Assembly (NCBI RefSeq): GCF_000002075.1
Contig: NW_004797404.1
Span: 1,232,775-1,288,113, forward strand
Direction of reading: 5' to 3'
Source: Aplysia californica
Lineage: Eukaryota
DNA length: 55,339 bases
Both the position numbers and the translations under genes were made by a program. Under the pieces are notes generated by a model. The model was not told the DNA's origin. It saw nothing but the letters and a program-made list of their open reading frames with translations, and searched no databases. Shown here piece by piece: positions 13,341 through 25,676 of the stretch (positions are counted from its first letter, which is position 1; every line of letters begins with the position of its first letter).

Positions 13341-13842
13341 AAATATTATATTGTTCTCAAATGACTAGGCTTTTCTCCTGGCATCATCCTTCAGTGTCTT
13401 TCGTCTTTTCAAATATTTATCTGTTTGTCAATCAAGAAATAAAAGGCAACATTAATGGTTCAGTAAATGGTGACGAAGTTGAGTTAGGAAACAAGTCAAA
13501 CTGGTACATGAGTGCACGCACCCACAGCTACACGCATCCGTCCTCAAAACTGATATAATGAAAACAAATTATTTTTGCTTTCGTTACAAGAATCATTATC
13601 TGACAGCTGTATAGATAAAGTTTTTGCTTGGCAAGCCAATGTACTGAAGCGATCACGATCAGTAAAATGTATGATAGTGATAGACGGCATGAATATTACT
13701 GACTTTCTTTACACAATAAGTATTGTTTGAGTGTCGTTTTCAATGAGTTGGTTATTCTATGTGATTCTGCAGACCAAGAGGACTGTTTGAATAATACAAG
13801 GCGACACCTAAAACACTGTGAATTTCATGGTGTTTTTGAGTC

Positions 13843-14165
13843 AAGTGTTTTATGCACGGCGCTCGTAACTGCATAAGGTCATATGAGCGCGAGGGACATA
13901 TTATATACTTTTAGTTTGGTAGAAATTTTAATATTGCGCGGGTGGCGCCGAAGCCTACTCTTGTCGATTTTAGGACCACAAAGGGATCTTGGTGCGCAGC
14001 TTGCTAACGGGATCTCCATTTTTCGCTCTCATCCGAGAAGGCCAGGTGTCAGATTTTACCGAAAGATCAGGGATGTGGCTGAAAGATAGCAGTACGAGGA
14101 AGACAATGGGTAGTAGTAGAGAGGCTGCAGACAGAGTCAGAAGCACAGAGGACGGGACAAAGAGG
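13843..14165 (-). mobile_element. SINE family A, 5'-truncated
   Basis: Tail GCATAAGGTCATATGAGCGC and body match other copies. Confidence 0.85.
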
Positions 14166-14248
14166 AATTTCGTGGTGTAAATATTTCAGAAACAACGAAC
14201 TGAACGAACGAATAAACGCAATAAAACAGGCAAAATAAACAGGCTGAC

Positions 14249-14415
14249 CTGTTCTTAACGATCCAGTAATCTTTCCCATCTTGAGTGCCGTACCCCACAG
14301 CCAAAACACCGTGGTCCAGCATGGTAGAGCTGCATGCAGGCTCGTCATACACACCACCGCTGTATTGCTGGAAGCCAGGGTGACTTTCGTCAATGGCAAC
14401 GCTGATGGGACCAAC
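14249..14415 (-). CDS. Cathepsin L-like penultimate exon (catalytic His and Asn)
   Basis: TTTTAG acceptor and AG|GTCAGC donor; [55 protein letters not shown](S). Confidence 0.93.
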
Positions 14416-14811
14416 CTAAAAGAGAGCAATAATGTTGAGCTAAGCAATTCCGTAACTATGACAATGTGTCCTGTTATAACATTATTTTGCTTATGTCTAC
14501 GGTTCAAGAGCACTAGGGGGTGTGAGGCTTCAAAAGACGTCACTTCAAAAAGTAAACTTTTAAAAATTATTATGTAAAAAGTCTGTATATTTTTGACAAG
14601 GTCATTATTCTGTACTGGAAAGAAAAAAGACGATCCATAAAAATGACCAAGTAGTATAGAGAAATATTAGCATTAAGTTATGTTATACGCTAGCCATTCT
14701 GTCAACTAGTGTTTTGTAAGTTGGAACCAAGCCCATTGCATACAGCAAAAGCTTAGAAAGGTAAAGTGACGGTAAGCAAGATTAAAACGACAAAAGTGAC
14801 GAACTTTCACA

Positions 14812-14900
14812 AATATAATATAATGCAATATAATATAATATAATATAATATAATATAATATAATATAATATAATATAATATAATTTAATATAATATAATA
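14812..14900. repeat. (TAATA)n microsatellite abutting the Gypsy 5' end
   Basis: Direct inspection. Confidence 0.9.
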
Positions 14901-14901
14901 T

Positions 14902-17900
14902 TGTAGCGACTCTCCGAACACTCAATTACATTGGTGACCCCGACAAGTTGAAATGCAATTTCAGCTTTGTGTATTCTGTCTTGGGTTATATGTTGAATCA
15001 TATTTGAGCGGACTTGCGTTTTCATCACAGCCCTTACCATCCCTTCAAAATGTTTGACCAGGAATGTCAAGTAAGTGCAGTTTCCATTAAACTACAAACA
15101 TTTTGGACAGCCGGGCCGGAAGCTTGGTTCTCCCAAACTGAAGCGCAATTCGCTCTGCGAAATATTACCCTCGACGAAACTAAATACTACCATGTTGTTG
15201 CCGCCCTCAACAACAGCACAGCTACTCGGACACTTTCAGTATTAACCAACCCACCAGAAAACAACAAATATAGCTCGCTGAAAACATTATTGTTGTCGAC
15301 ATATAGTGTGTCTGGTACGGAAAGAGCATCAGCGCTCTTTAAACTGCAGGGGTTAGGAGACGGTAAACCGTCAGAGTTAATGGACTCCATGTTAGGCCTA
15401 CTGGGAGAGCACGAACCATTCTTCCTTTTTAGACACTTTTTCCCATAACAGTTGCCTGAATACGTGAAAGCCCCCCTGGCAACATTCGACCATCTCGATT
15501 GCCGCACGTTAATACAAGAGGCCGACAAATTATTCCTTGCCGTTGCTCCACCCGCGACACTACTGGCAGTAGACCGAACAAAGGCTGCTTGCAAACCCAG
15601 ACCTTGCCACTTGACAGGTTTATGCGTTTCCACCATAGATTCGGATCAAATGCCAAAAAAATGCGTTCTGCTCTGCAGTTACAAAGCCTCCAAAAACATC
15701 TGCGGTTCAGGGAAACGAGTAGGTGGGTCAGCAGAATTCAGTCTGGCTTCAGAATCTTCTGTTGGCCCACAAAAAGCTCAATTGATTATCATGGACTCTG
15801 TCTCTGGCCGCCGTTACATCATCGATACGGGAGCCCAGGTTTCGGTTCTTCCAGCAGCATGGCGGGACAAACAGGCGAACACTTCAGGCTCTCCACTTTT
15901 AGCCGCAAATGGTAGCACTATTAATACATTTGGAGCACTCAACACCACCATTTGTTTCCAAAACAATTCTTTCGACGCCAGACTTGTCATCGCCGATGTA
16001 AAGCGAGCCCTACTTGGTGCTGACTCTCTTCGCCGCCACAACCTATTGGTAGACATTCGTGGTCAGAAACTGATAGAGGCTTAATCTTTCAAAGTATATC
16101 CATGTACTATCAGTCAGATTTCAGATTCTCAGTTAGCCATAGTGGACCCAGAAAGCAACAAATTTAAGAAGATATTAATAGAGTTTCATGAAATCCTCGA
16201 ACCAACTTTTTCGGCCTCCGAAGTGAAGCACGGTGTTTCTCATTTCAACCGCACCACCGGTCCACCCGTACATGTCAAGGCACGTCCACTACCTCCAGAC
16301 AAACTAACCATCGCGATAGCTGGATTCAAGAAAATGGCCGAAATGGGAATTATTAGACGATCTAGCAGTCCCTGGTCTTCACCTCTTCACATGGTTCCGA
16401 AAGGTAACGGAGACTGGGGGCCTTGTGGCGACTACAGTGGACTCAACAATAGAACGATCCCAGATCGTTATCCGATTCCCCACATTCAAGACTTCTCAGC
16501 AGGACTCGCTAGCAAGAGTATCTTCTCCAAAATCGACCTCGTTCGAGGTTACCACCAAATCCCAGTTGCGCAGGAGGACATTCCAAAAACGGCCGTCATC
16601 ACACCATTCGGCCTGTACGAATTTCTACGCTTGCCATTCGGCCTTAGAAACGCCGTACAGGCATTCCAGCGTCTTATGGACTCTGTCCTGCAGGACATCT
16701 CAAGCGCTTTCATCTATCTAGATGATATACTCATTGCCAGCTCATCAGCAGCTCAACATATTAAACTACAGACTCAAAGAAGCGAGCCTAGTTGTTAGGT
16801 TAGAAAAATGCGTGTTTGGAGTGACCGAAATCGAATTTCTAGGCCATCGAGTCACACGAGATGGATCTACCCCACTTCCTTCCAAAGTCAAAGCTATAGA
16901 AGAATTCCCACAGCCAACCACCTACAAAGCACTTCAAGAATTTCTGGGAATGCTGAACTTCTACCTTCGCTTTCTACCTCGAGCTGCATCAATATTACGC
17001 CCTCTACGAAGCTCTGAAGGGAGAAAAGAAGAAAACAAAACTTTGCTGAACGGAACAGATGACTACAGCCTTCCAGGCCAGCAAACGCATGCTTGCCGAC
17101 TGCACTCTCCTCTCGCATCCCAGAACAAACGTTCTCTCGCCTTAACCACCGACGTGTCAGATCATGCAGTTGGCGCTGTCTTCGAACAAAATGTCGATGA
17201 GACCTGGCAATCTTTAGCATTTTTCAGCAGACAACTTCGAGAGCCAGAACAACAGTACAGCACATGTGATCGGGAGTTCCGATTTTTGCTTGAGGGTAGG
17301 TGCTTCACAGCATTCAACGATCATAAACCTCTGGTGGACGCTATGTCCAAGTTATCCCCACCCTAGTCAGCTCGCCAGCAACGTCACCTGACATTCATCT
17401 CAGAATTTATCACGGACATACAGCACATTTCTGGGAAGGAGAACGTTGTTGCTGACTGTTTGAGCCAAGTCATATTCCAGACCACATTAGGACTGGACTA
17501 CAAAGCAATGGCTGAGGCCCAATGCACTGACACCTCTTCTCCTGACGACAGCGCCTCTTCTCCAGGATTGCGTCCAGTTTCAATGGCTATCGAATCTGGA
17601 GGACCAGAACTGCCGTGTGACATTTCGGCAGGACATCCAAAACCAATTGTACCTCCAGAATTTCGTCGACAGGTCTTCGATTTGTTTCATAGCCTTTCCC
17701 ATCCAGGAATGAAGGCTACAGTCCGCCTGATATCTCAGAGATTTGTTTGGCATGGGCAAAGGAAGGAAGTAAGCAAGTGGGCCAAGGAATGTACGGACTG
17801 CCAAGCTTCAAAAGTGCAAAAGCATACCAAGGCATCAATCGAGAAGATTGCTGTGCCCGAAAAGAGGTTCAGGCACGTTCATGTCGATCTTGTAGGTCCT

Positions 17901-19037
17901 TTACCCCCATCGCAGGGCTTCACTCACCTCTTCACAATCATCGACAGAACGACACGATGGCCAGAGGCTATCCCACTCAATGTCACATCATAAACAGAAT
18001 GTGTGCTGATCAATCACTGGATCGCCCGTTGTGCCATCCTTATCGACATCAGATCCGACAGAGGCCCTCAGATTACTTCTGTCTTGTGTAGAGAGATGGC
18101 CGAGCGCCTTGGTACCAATTTTCATCATACAACAGCCTATCACTCTCAATCCAATGGACTGATTGAGAGATTCCACCGGTCGCTTAAGAGTGCTCTCAAA
18201 GCAAGACTCCAAAGCTCAAACTGGCTCAACCAACTGGGATTGGTACTGCTCGGTTTGAGGACTTCCCCAAAAGAGGACCTGGGATGGGAACTTCAGTCGC
18301 CGAGCTAGTGTACGGAGATCCACTCAGAGTACCGGGCGAATATTTTACAAGTGACACTTCACCTTTCGACCCGTCATGCAGCCTCGACAACTTATGATCC
18401 CAAATGCAGTCATAACTATAGCCAAGGCGACAGCAGTTCACTGTCCACCTACCTTCAGCATCCACTCTTCACTAGACACAGCGAAGTTCGTGTTCATCTC
18501 TTCGACGCTCACGAAAAACCCCTACAGCGCCCGTATGCTGGTCTGTACACGGTTTTAAAAAGGCATGACAAAACCTTTCTTGTCGATTTAAGTGGTCACG
18601 CGGAACATATCTTTGTCGACCGACTCAAACCTGCTTTTGTGGATCTGTCGCAACCAGTACGTGTTGCTCAGGCACCAAGACGTGGGCGACCTCCCTCTTC
18701 ATTGCTTGTGAATCCAAGCACAAATACTAATTCAACCCAGCCTAGCCAAGCTATACAATCCGCTCCTGTTACTCTACAGGAACCACAACAAGCAGGCTGG
18801 AAGGTCTCACGTTCAGGACGTATTGTGAGACCACCTCCCCGATTCTGGAACCTCCTGTCATGTCAGCGCTGGTGGGGGGGGGGGGGTCATACAGTGACTC
18901 TCCGAACACTCAATTACTCACAACACAGCAGCTGATATGACCATGTCTTGGCACGGACTTGCGAAGTGCTCACACGAAAAGCACCACCTGACCCGACTGT
19001 CCTCCAACGGCCAGTCGAGTAGAAAACTCAGGTGAGT
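14902..19037 (+). mobile_element. Ty3/Gypsy LTR retrotransposon, decayed (3' LTR runs into gap)
   Basis: Mini-LTR 14902-14930; PBS TGGTGACCCCGAC (tRNA-Trp type) 14932-14944; gag, protease (IIDTGAQVS), RT (YLDD), RNase H, integrase; poly-G PPT 18874-18886; 3' LTR from 18890. Confidence 0.95.
15049..18840 (+). pseudogene. Gypsy gag-pol, fragmented by stops and frameshifts
   Basis: ORF pieces 15014-15448 (gag IKLQTFW..PEAWF), 15452-16084 (PR), 16142-16798 (RT), 16722-17366 (RT/RH), 17460-18308 (IN HHCC zinc finger, DLVGPLP, SDRG, NGLIER). Confidence 0.92.
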
Positions 19038-19639
19038 NNNNNNNNNNNNNNNNNNNNNNNNNNNNNNNNNNNNNNNNNNNNNNNNNNNNNNNNNNNNNNN
19101 NNNNNNNNNNNNNNNNNNNNNNNNNNNNNNNNNNNNNNNNNNNNNNNNNNNNNNNNNNNNNNNNNNNNNNNNNNNNNNNNNNNNNNNNNNNNNNNNNNNN
19201 NNNNNNNNNNNNNNNNNNNNNNATGCGCTCTTCAATTTTTGGGCATGTGGGGTAACTGATATCATCTGAATGCTTGCTTTCGATGATAAAAATATCCATC
19301 GTCAAGAAGTCGAGATATTTGCAAGTGAGGGAGGTGAGGTCACCTTGTTTCTGTTGTAAAATTAGGGAGAAAATGGCTCTCATTATTTGATAATTTCAAT
19401 AGCTTGAGAGCCCTTGAAAACTGATACATGTATCATATTCTGTGCCTTTAATCAACGTTTTCAGATGGCAAAAATTCGATAAAAATTGCCAAACAGGCAG
19501 AAAAATAACTGTTTCTTCGATTTCATCATTTTGACTAGCGCCCGATTTAACTATGATGTCTCACATATATATTATGTATGTGCGTGTATATAATATATGT
19601 ATTTGTCACATTTTTACCATATTATACATATTTTGGCTT

Positions 19640-19780
19640 TTCGTTGTAAAAGTACTTTCTCTGTCAGATGCAACGACTTTTGCATAATCATTGTTTGGAA
19701 CGTTCCAGTGCTATCCATCCTCTTGGATCGATTCTATAGGTGGTGAAAGGTAAACAAAAATTGGAGGTGCTTCTTCTCAA
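19640..19780 (-). pseudogene. Possible decayed cathepsin first-exon relic, paralog of 9340-9441
   Basis: SIQEDG*HWNVPNNDYAK; nucleotide similarity to 9370-9460. Confidence 0.25.
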
Positions 19781-20007
19781 ATGACTTTACCGGCATCATA
19801 CTATAAATATTAGAGGTGGTTGCTTCATTAGAAAATGTTTGAAAGTAAAAATGAACGAGTGAATGAATTAATGAATTAATTAATGAATGAGTGTATGAAT
19901 GAATGGATGATTTGAGATGAATTTATCCCAGACTAAATGAAAGACATGCCTTTGCATAGGCGGTGATAAGGCTATTATGATTAATACCAAAAGCATTTGA
20001 AACTTTT

Positions 20008-20075
20008 TTGGTAAGTGTTTTACAGTGCTGGCAGCTGCATAAGGTCATATGAACGCGTGGGACACACTAAAATTT
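20008..20075 (-). mobile_element. SINE family A 3' tail fragment
   Basis: GCAGCTGCATAAGGTCATATGAACGCG. Confidence 0.75.
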
Positions 20076-20295
20076 GTGTTTGCTTTGGTAAGAAACAGTC
20101 TTGAAACTTTTAATCATGGACTAGGATAATATTTCTTAATAAACTGAATAGAGTAATCACCCAATGACAACTAACAAATTTGTTTTTGAAAATGTTTGAC
20201 AATTATTCGTTCTTTGAATGATTGTTATTCTCGTATAAAACAATACAATGTTGCATTCACCAAATACGGGGTACTGTCATCGTGATAAGATGTTA

Positions 20296-20406
20296 TAGTT
20301 GTTGACACCAGTGAGATAGCTGGCCGAGATAGCAACACTACTACCGGTTCGTCCTGCTTCTACTCATCACAATTGTACCATCCTCACCCCCATCCTGTGG
20401 CTCCAA
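20296..20406 (-). pseudogene. Degenerate cathepsin L last exon (copy T4)
   Basis: TTATAG acceptor; W..GWG.EDG.IVMSRSRTN..VAISASYLTGVN with frameshifts and stops. Confidence 0.78.
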
Positions 20407-21869
20407 CTATAAAGATATAAACATAACGTTACCTAAAGAAAACAAAATTCAAATTTAAGGACCTCAGTATTAATATGACATAGGGGAAAGCGGTAGAAGA
20501 CTGGGACACACTTTGGCTTGTCACGAGTTTGACAATTAATTTTGTTTCACTTGTAAAACTGAGACCTGATAGGAGTTTAGCGTGAAACAACACCCAAAGA
20601 ATAATAACAAAAACAAAGCATGTTCAATTAGTGTCCTTAATAACAGAATTTATACATGCTTCCAAACATGATGTATAAACATGGTGAACTAGGACCGTGT
20701 CAGGTAATTGTAGACGGTGATTGGGGTGAAGTGGGACGTGTGGGACATGGCTTTATGAGTGATAGGCGCTGCGGCTGGGGTGGTAGGAGATGAGGCTGGT
20801 GTGTCTTGATCTTGTAGTGACAGTGATCGATCACTTACAGCTGACGGCAAAATTTGTCGTCTTCAAACCAATTCATTCAGAGATCACAAATCCGAGACTC
20901 ATAATAGTACAATTAATTTTGGTGATCCCACCACCCCCTTCCACCCCCCAAAAAACCACAACTAAACAAACAACAACAACCAATATCTCCTACCTCATCG
21001 TAGGTAACATTTTTTTACAGTGACATAGTAACAGCATTTGTTTCTATACACTAACACAAAGGTGTCAAACTCAATTTACCCTGGGGCCTTTTTTCAGAGG
21101 CTCGGTTCCTTAACATTTTAGTCAGCTGTAGTTGAAAACAGATTGGCTGCAGATAATAGTTCTTGTACAGTTTCAAGTAAATCCAAATTCTTTCCACTCT
21201 CTCGTCATCAAAAAGAAGATAAAAGAAAGGACGTGATCTGCAGAAATCATTTTTGTTTAAAGTGACGGGACCTTTTTTGTGTCCGTCTTTTTCTTTTAAA
21301 ATGGTTTTCTTTCTTTTTTTCTTTTTTTGGGGGTGGGGGTGGGGCTGTTGGCAAAATCAATGTGATTGCCAGGCTTATCTCGACTTTAATCAAGGATCAC
21401 GCGCGCGCTCAAGTAGAGAAGCACACAAGTATCACTGATGAGGCTATGAAAAGTGATATAAAAGTTCCCTGATCAACGGGCCAAAAGATTCTATCTACGA
21501 CCACAATATTATTAATAATGCAGCAAAAAGAATGGTTTAGCTGTAGCGTGAGAGCCAGTGTCTTAACTGCGTTTTATCTTCAAGTGATTTGTTCGCACGG
21601 GTAACAGCGTCAGTAAAACGCGTGACCGCTGACTCATGAAACATTGTTGAAACCAAAAAGCTCGAATGACGAAGATGAAAATTGAATTAAATGTTATTCT
21701 AACTTGGTTTGTTGTGTCTTTGGAAAAACCAAGGTATCATGTTCAAGATGATGTCACTTTTTGAATCCAAATCTTTTGCTTGGCTACCTCTTCCTTTTTA
21801 GCCGAAGTCATTATTAAATAATATCTTATCTCAAAAGTTGGCTGACAGATGGCAAAAACCATTCCATTC

Positions 21870-23130
21870 TTTGTTCTTTTTAATGAAAGGCAGCAGGACC
21901 TTTCCCAGCAGGTGTTCCTACTTTTTCTTTTCTCTCCCTGTCTCTTCTAGCGATGTTATGGGTTTTGAGGACACATTTTTTTCATCTCGCATGCTGTAGG
22001 TTTGCTTTCTAGTGTGGTTCTCACACTGATAGAATTATGTTGGCATAAACAATGAAGTGAGAAAGCTGTCACATTGTGTCCATAGTGGTGTTTGGATAGA
22101 TAAATGGGATGCGAACTGATAGGTGATGGTGTAGGCTTTTTCTAAGTTCGTTTGTTTGTTTTTTCTCTATCTAAGAATCCGTTTTCTGTTTAAATCTGCC
22201 AAGGTTATTGTACTCTGTGACCTGTGTCAGGTTGTTTGTTATTCACACATAAGTTGAGGGACCTATAATTTTCCCTGATTTTCATGACTCTGGTTTTATG
22301 TAATTATTCTAATGTCAAATTTATCCCAGCAATTGTTGAGTTTGGTGGTATGGTTTTGGAATCTTTGTTGTTTTGGGTGAACAACGCACTGGTCGTTTGC
22401 AAACAGAAACTCGTTTAGCCTTTCTGGGTCTTGGATACGGCCTCGAAGTAATACTCGTTTCTGTCTAACATAGTATATTCTTACTTCATTTAAAATACAC
22501 AATATCACGTTGTTTACGTACTCTTCGTTAATCATTGGAGTGTGAAGCTGGAAGGTCAACTTTTCTTCTTTTCTACTGTCTGTCTGTTGTACTCTTCCAG
22601 TGCATTAAATGACCAACATGGAGTCCATGTGCTTCTTTCTGTTCAAAGACACACGGTTTCATTTAGACTATCGTGAAGAATACAGTGATAATATGAACTA
22701 GGACGTTCGATAGGGGACTCAGTCATTTAGCCTTCGTGTCCTACCAGGTCAGCGTGGACCGACTCGCGCGCCCACATGTTGTCAACACATTTGATTGTAA
22801 AGGATAGTTGGCAGTTTTCTGATAAGAAGAAGTGCAACGTATTGTACAACATACTAGATGTCGATCATTATATCCTTAAGAAAAGAACAGATTTCTCATG
22901 AGGTTCTCATATCGCCTTAAAAAGAGGTGAAAAAGCATTATATCAAACCACCTGACTTTTAGAGTAACAGCGTGCTTGACTGTCTCCCGTCTTTCCAAGC
23001 ATCTGTCTGGTTGTCAAACCTGAAAAAGGGCTACATAATGTGGATGCAAATGTTGACGTACCCGTGTTGTAAAGCTAGTCGAACCGATAAGTGAGTTCAC
23101 CTGCCTTCAGCTATATAAGCTTCCTTCCTC
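21870..23130 (-). mobile_element. Very old LINE-like relic (possibly I group)
   Basis: Only faint RNase H-like (GH...N.LAD) and Cys-cluster remnants; no continuous frame. Confidence 0.25.
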
Positions 23131-23149
23131 AAAACTAATTTATTGCAAA

Positions 23150-23635
23150 TAAAACCATTTTACTTTGACACAAAATCTTTACCTGAACTGAGGTACAGGT
23201 GCTTTGTTCACAGGGTCAGTCACATACAGATACAAGTATTCTCTGGGAAATTCGTGATCGGCCACACGATTACCACTGATGTGCCTAAGGCAATAAAGTG
23301 CCCAAACATAGATGAGGCAATGGACGCAAGCCGGTCAATGCGTAGTTTGCCCTCGAACCCCTCAGCCGGGTTCTATTTCTTTTTTAACATAAAAGCAGCA
23401 GTCATGTCATGTGAAAAAATTGTGAAATGGCATAGGCCTCTATCTACATTGTTAAGTTATTAAAGAGGCGGGGCCTCCGAGTTAACGTCCATCTACGAAA
23501 GGATGGGTCAAAGTGGGAATCTCGTTTAAAGTGCCTTTCCCAAGAACACAACGTCGGACCGAGCCGAAGCTTGAACCCTCGAACCTGCAATCTCACGATT
23601 ATGAAACTGGTAGCCTACCCACCAGGCCAGTATCT
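23150..23635 (-). mobile_element. tRNA-derived SINE with Deu/Nin-like plus V/Meta-like core
   Basis: Minus strand: TGGCCTGGTGG, GGTTCGA/GGTTCAAG, GTTGTGTTCTTGGGAAAGGCACTT, CCTTTCGTAGATGGACGTTAACTCGGAGGCCCC; 3' boundary approximate. Confidence 0.65.
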
Positions 23636-23670
23636 TTGCCTTGCCGTAGCCAAGGATAAAATGTGTACTT

Positions 23671-23774
23671 GTTGACACCAGTGAGATTGCTGACTTAGAT
23701 AGCATCACTGCCCTGGTTCTTCTTGTTCTTCCGCAATGCAATTTACCCGCCCTGACCCCACCAGGTGCCTCCAG
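23671..23774 (-). pseudogene. Degenerate cathepsin L last exon (copy T5)
   Basis: AAG|C TGG; W.GTWWGQGG*IALRKNKKNQ...NLTGVN; shares GTTGACACCAGTGAGAT with T4. Confidence 0.72.
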
Positions 23775-24249
23775 CTTGAAGTACAACATAAATATAACGT
23801 TACACAAAATAAGGCACTGGTGACGACATTGGACTTAAAAATAAAATCCCAAGGACGTCTGCACAACGTCACGTACTTTTCTCGCCTAAAAGAGGCCAGC
23901 AAAAGAACGTGGTCTACAATAATTATCTGTTGTTTAAATTCACAGGACCCATGTTTGTTCCGCTTTTTTTCCTTTACAATATAAATTATGCGGTTGCCAG
24001 ACTTATCTAGAGCTGATTCGTTAATGTCTGGCGATTACTAATACATCCGCAAAGGAAGACACTTTTTAAGAAAAATTGAAAATTTAAATTAGAAGAATTA
24101 ATGGTTAAGATGACTTGTGGCCCCTGCTGAGGCCGATGAGACCAATTCTGGTAGGAAAAATGTGTGCCAGTCTTAATTCGTGAAGGTTCATATGACTCGC
24201 CGCCCTCTGTAACTACTACTCTGCTTTCCAACTTGGTCTGTCAGGGGCT

Positions 24250-24600
24250 ATGCTCTCCCATGTCGAAGGATTTATGTCTTTCAGAGACATTTTCTGGGTG
24301 TTTAGGTAGCGCTGTATACTTTTGGTGCGTTAACATCACGCTTTCCTGGGGACAGTTCAGAATATAATACCCCCTTTGTAAATCTGGAATCAGACTTTCT
24401 TACGATAATATGGCCAGCCCAGCGAAGTTGAATCCGTTTGAGCTTAAACAACAGACTCTCGGCTTTTGTCCTTTTGAGAACTTCGGTGTCTCGTAATTTA
24501 TCCTGCCATTTAAAGCAAATAATTCTCCTGAGGCATTTCATATTGAAAATGGTTAAGCTTCTGGGAATGACCTTGGTACACCGTCCACCATACAAAAGGG
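24250..24600 (-). mobile_element. RTE-clade LINE 3' fragment
   Basis: FNMKCLRRII..KWQDK...EVLKR...QLRWAGHI...SRFTKGVLYSEL..GKR. Confidence 0.82.
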
Positions 24601-24639
24601 AGGACTACAGCAATGTGGACGTTTAATTTCGAAGCGAAA

Positions 24640-24740
24640 AAGGGAAAGAAAGGAAAAAAGAGAGAAAAAAAGAAAGAAAGAAAGAAAAAAAGAAAGAAAG
24701 AAAGAAAAAAAGAAAGAAATAAAGAAAGAAAGAAAGAAAA
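24640..24740. repeat. (GAAA)n-like microsatellite
   Basis: Direct inspection. Confidence 0.85.
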
Positions 24741-24834
24741 ACCTGTCGTGAACTTCTGAACTTCGTGTACAACATTGGAGTGACGTCATGCGACAACACC
24801 GTGACTACATGCGACAACGGCAAAGAGATTTTCT

Positions 24835-25281
24835 ACCCCTCGGGGAGGTGCTCCTGACTGAGGTGTCTTTAGACCACTCCCATAGAGGGAACATTAACAT
24901 GCTGTTAAGCGCAGTAGAATTGTACTACGCTTAACAGCATGTTAATGTTCCCTCTATGGGAGTGGTCTAAATGGTAATTGTAAATGGGCTGATTCATAAA
25001 TGATATGCTCATAACTGCCTGAACTGCAACAGGAAACTGCAGCTTTTTCTTTCTTAATCCATACTATCGTCATTTTCCCTCTACTTCTTTTGTAGGTTTT
25101 GTCACACTCTTGTGACCGTCTATTTCTGGGGTGCTTGATAGCTGAAGCAGACTTCGTGCTGTTGGTGAACAGAGTAATCGTGATTCCCTGTAAATACTTC
25201 TCTATTGACATCCACCCCTTAGCGCTCATATGACCTTATGCAGTTGTGAGCGCCGTAAAAACTCCACTAAAATTAAAACTG
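24835..25281 (+). mobile_element. Short non-coding retroelement (family B), shares 3' tail with SINE A; contains perfect hairpin
   Basis: Colinear with 46366-46768; TSD AAAGA(G/A)ATTTTCT at 24822-24834 and 25282-25294; tail GCGCTCATATGACCTTATGCAGTTGTGAGCGCCGTAAAA. Confidence 0.82.
24868..24971. repeat. Perfect inverted repeat, 44-bp arms, 16-nt loop
   Basis: 24868-24911 is the exact reverse complement of 24928-24971. Confidence 0.95.
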
Positions 25282-25676
25282 AAAGAAATTTTCTCATCAT
25301 CAACTGACTCACACTGACTGTAGCCTGCTTTTTCAAGAACTCACTGAAGTGTTTTGTAAGGATACATAATAATATACAATCAGCAATAAGCAAGGTACAC
25401 TTTGGGGATTTCCGTTTAGTCATGCAGCTTTGGGACTTTTCCAAACAGTGGATGCCCAGATTTTTCAGAAATGGAATTGAAAAACTTGCAGTACTTTAAA
25501 CTGATTCTTAGTAGTCGAAATGTTCAATTTTATAAATCCACAAGTGCAAAATTTTGAGAATCCGGCTCCGTCAGGTTTTTAAGAATATTGAATGCTACAG
25601 CTTATACAAATTCTGGCAGCTGAATAGTGTGTTTTCACAAAATTACACAAAGGTCGGCTCCGTCAGAATTCTATAT

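Noticed and set aside
14067-14577. ORF-track entries 14067-14543 and 14281-14577
   Set aside because: Off-frame or antisense shadows of the cathepsin exon plus SINE; the real exon is 14249-14415.
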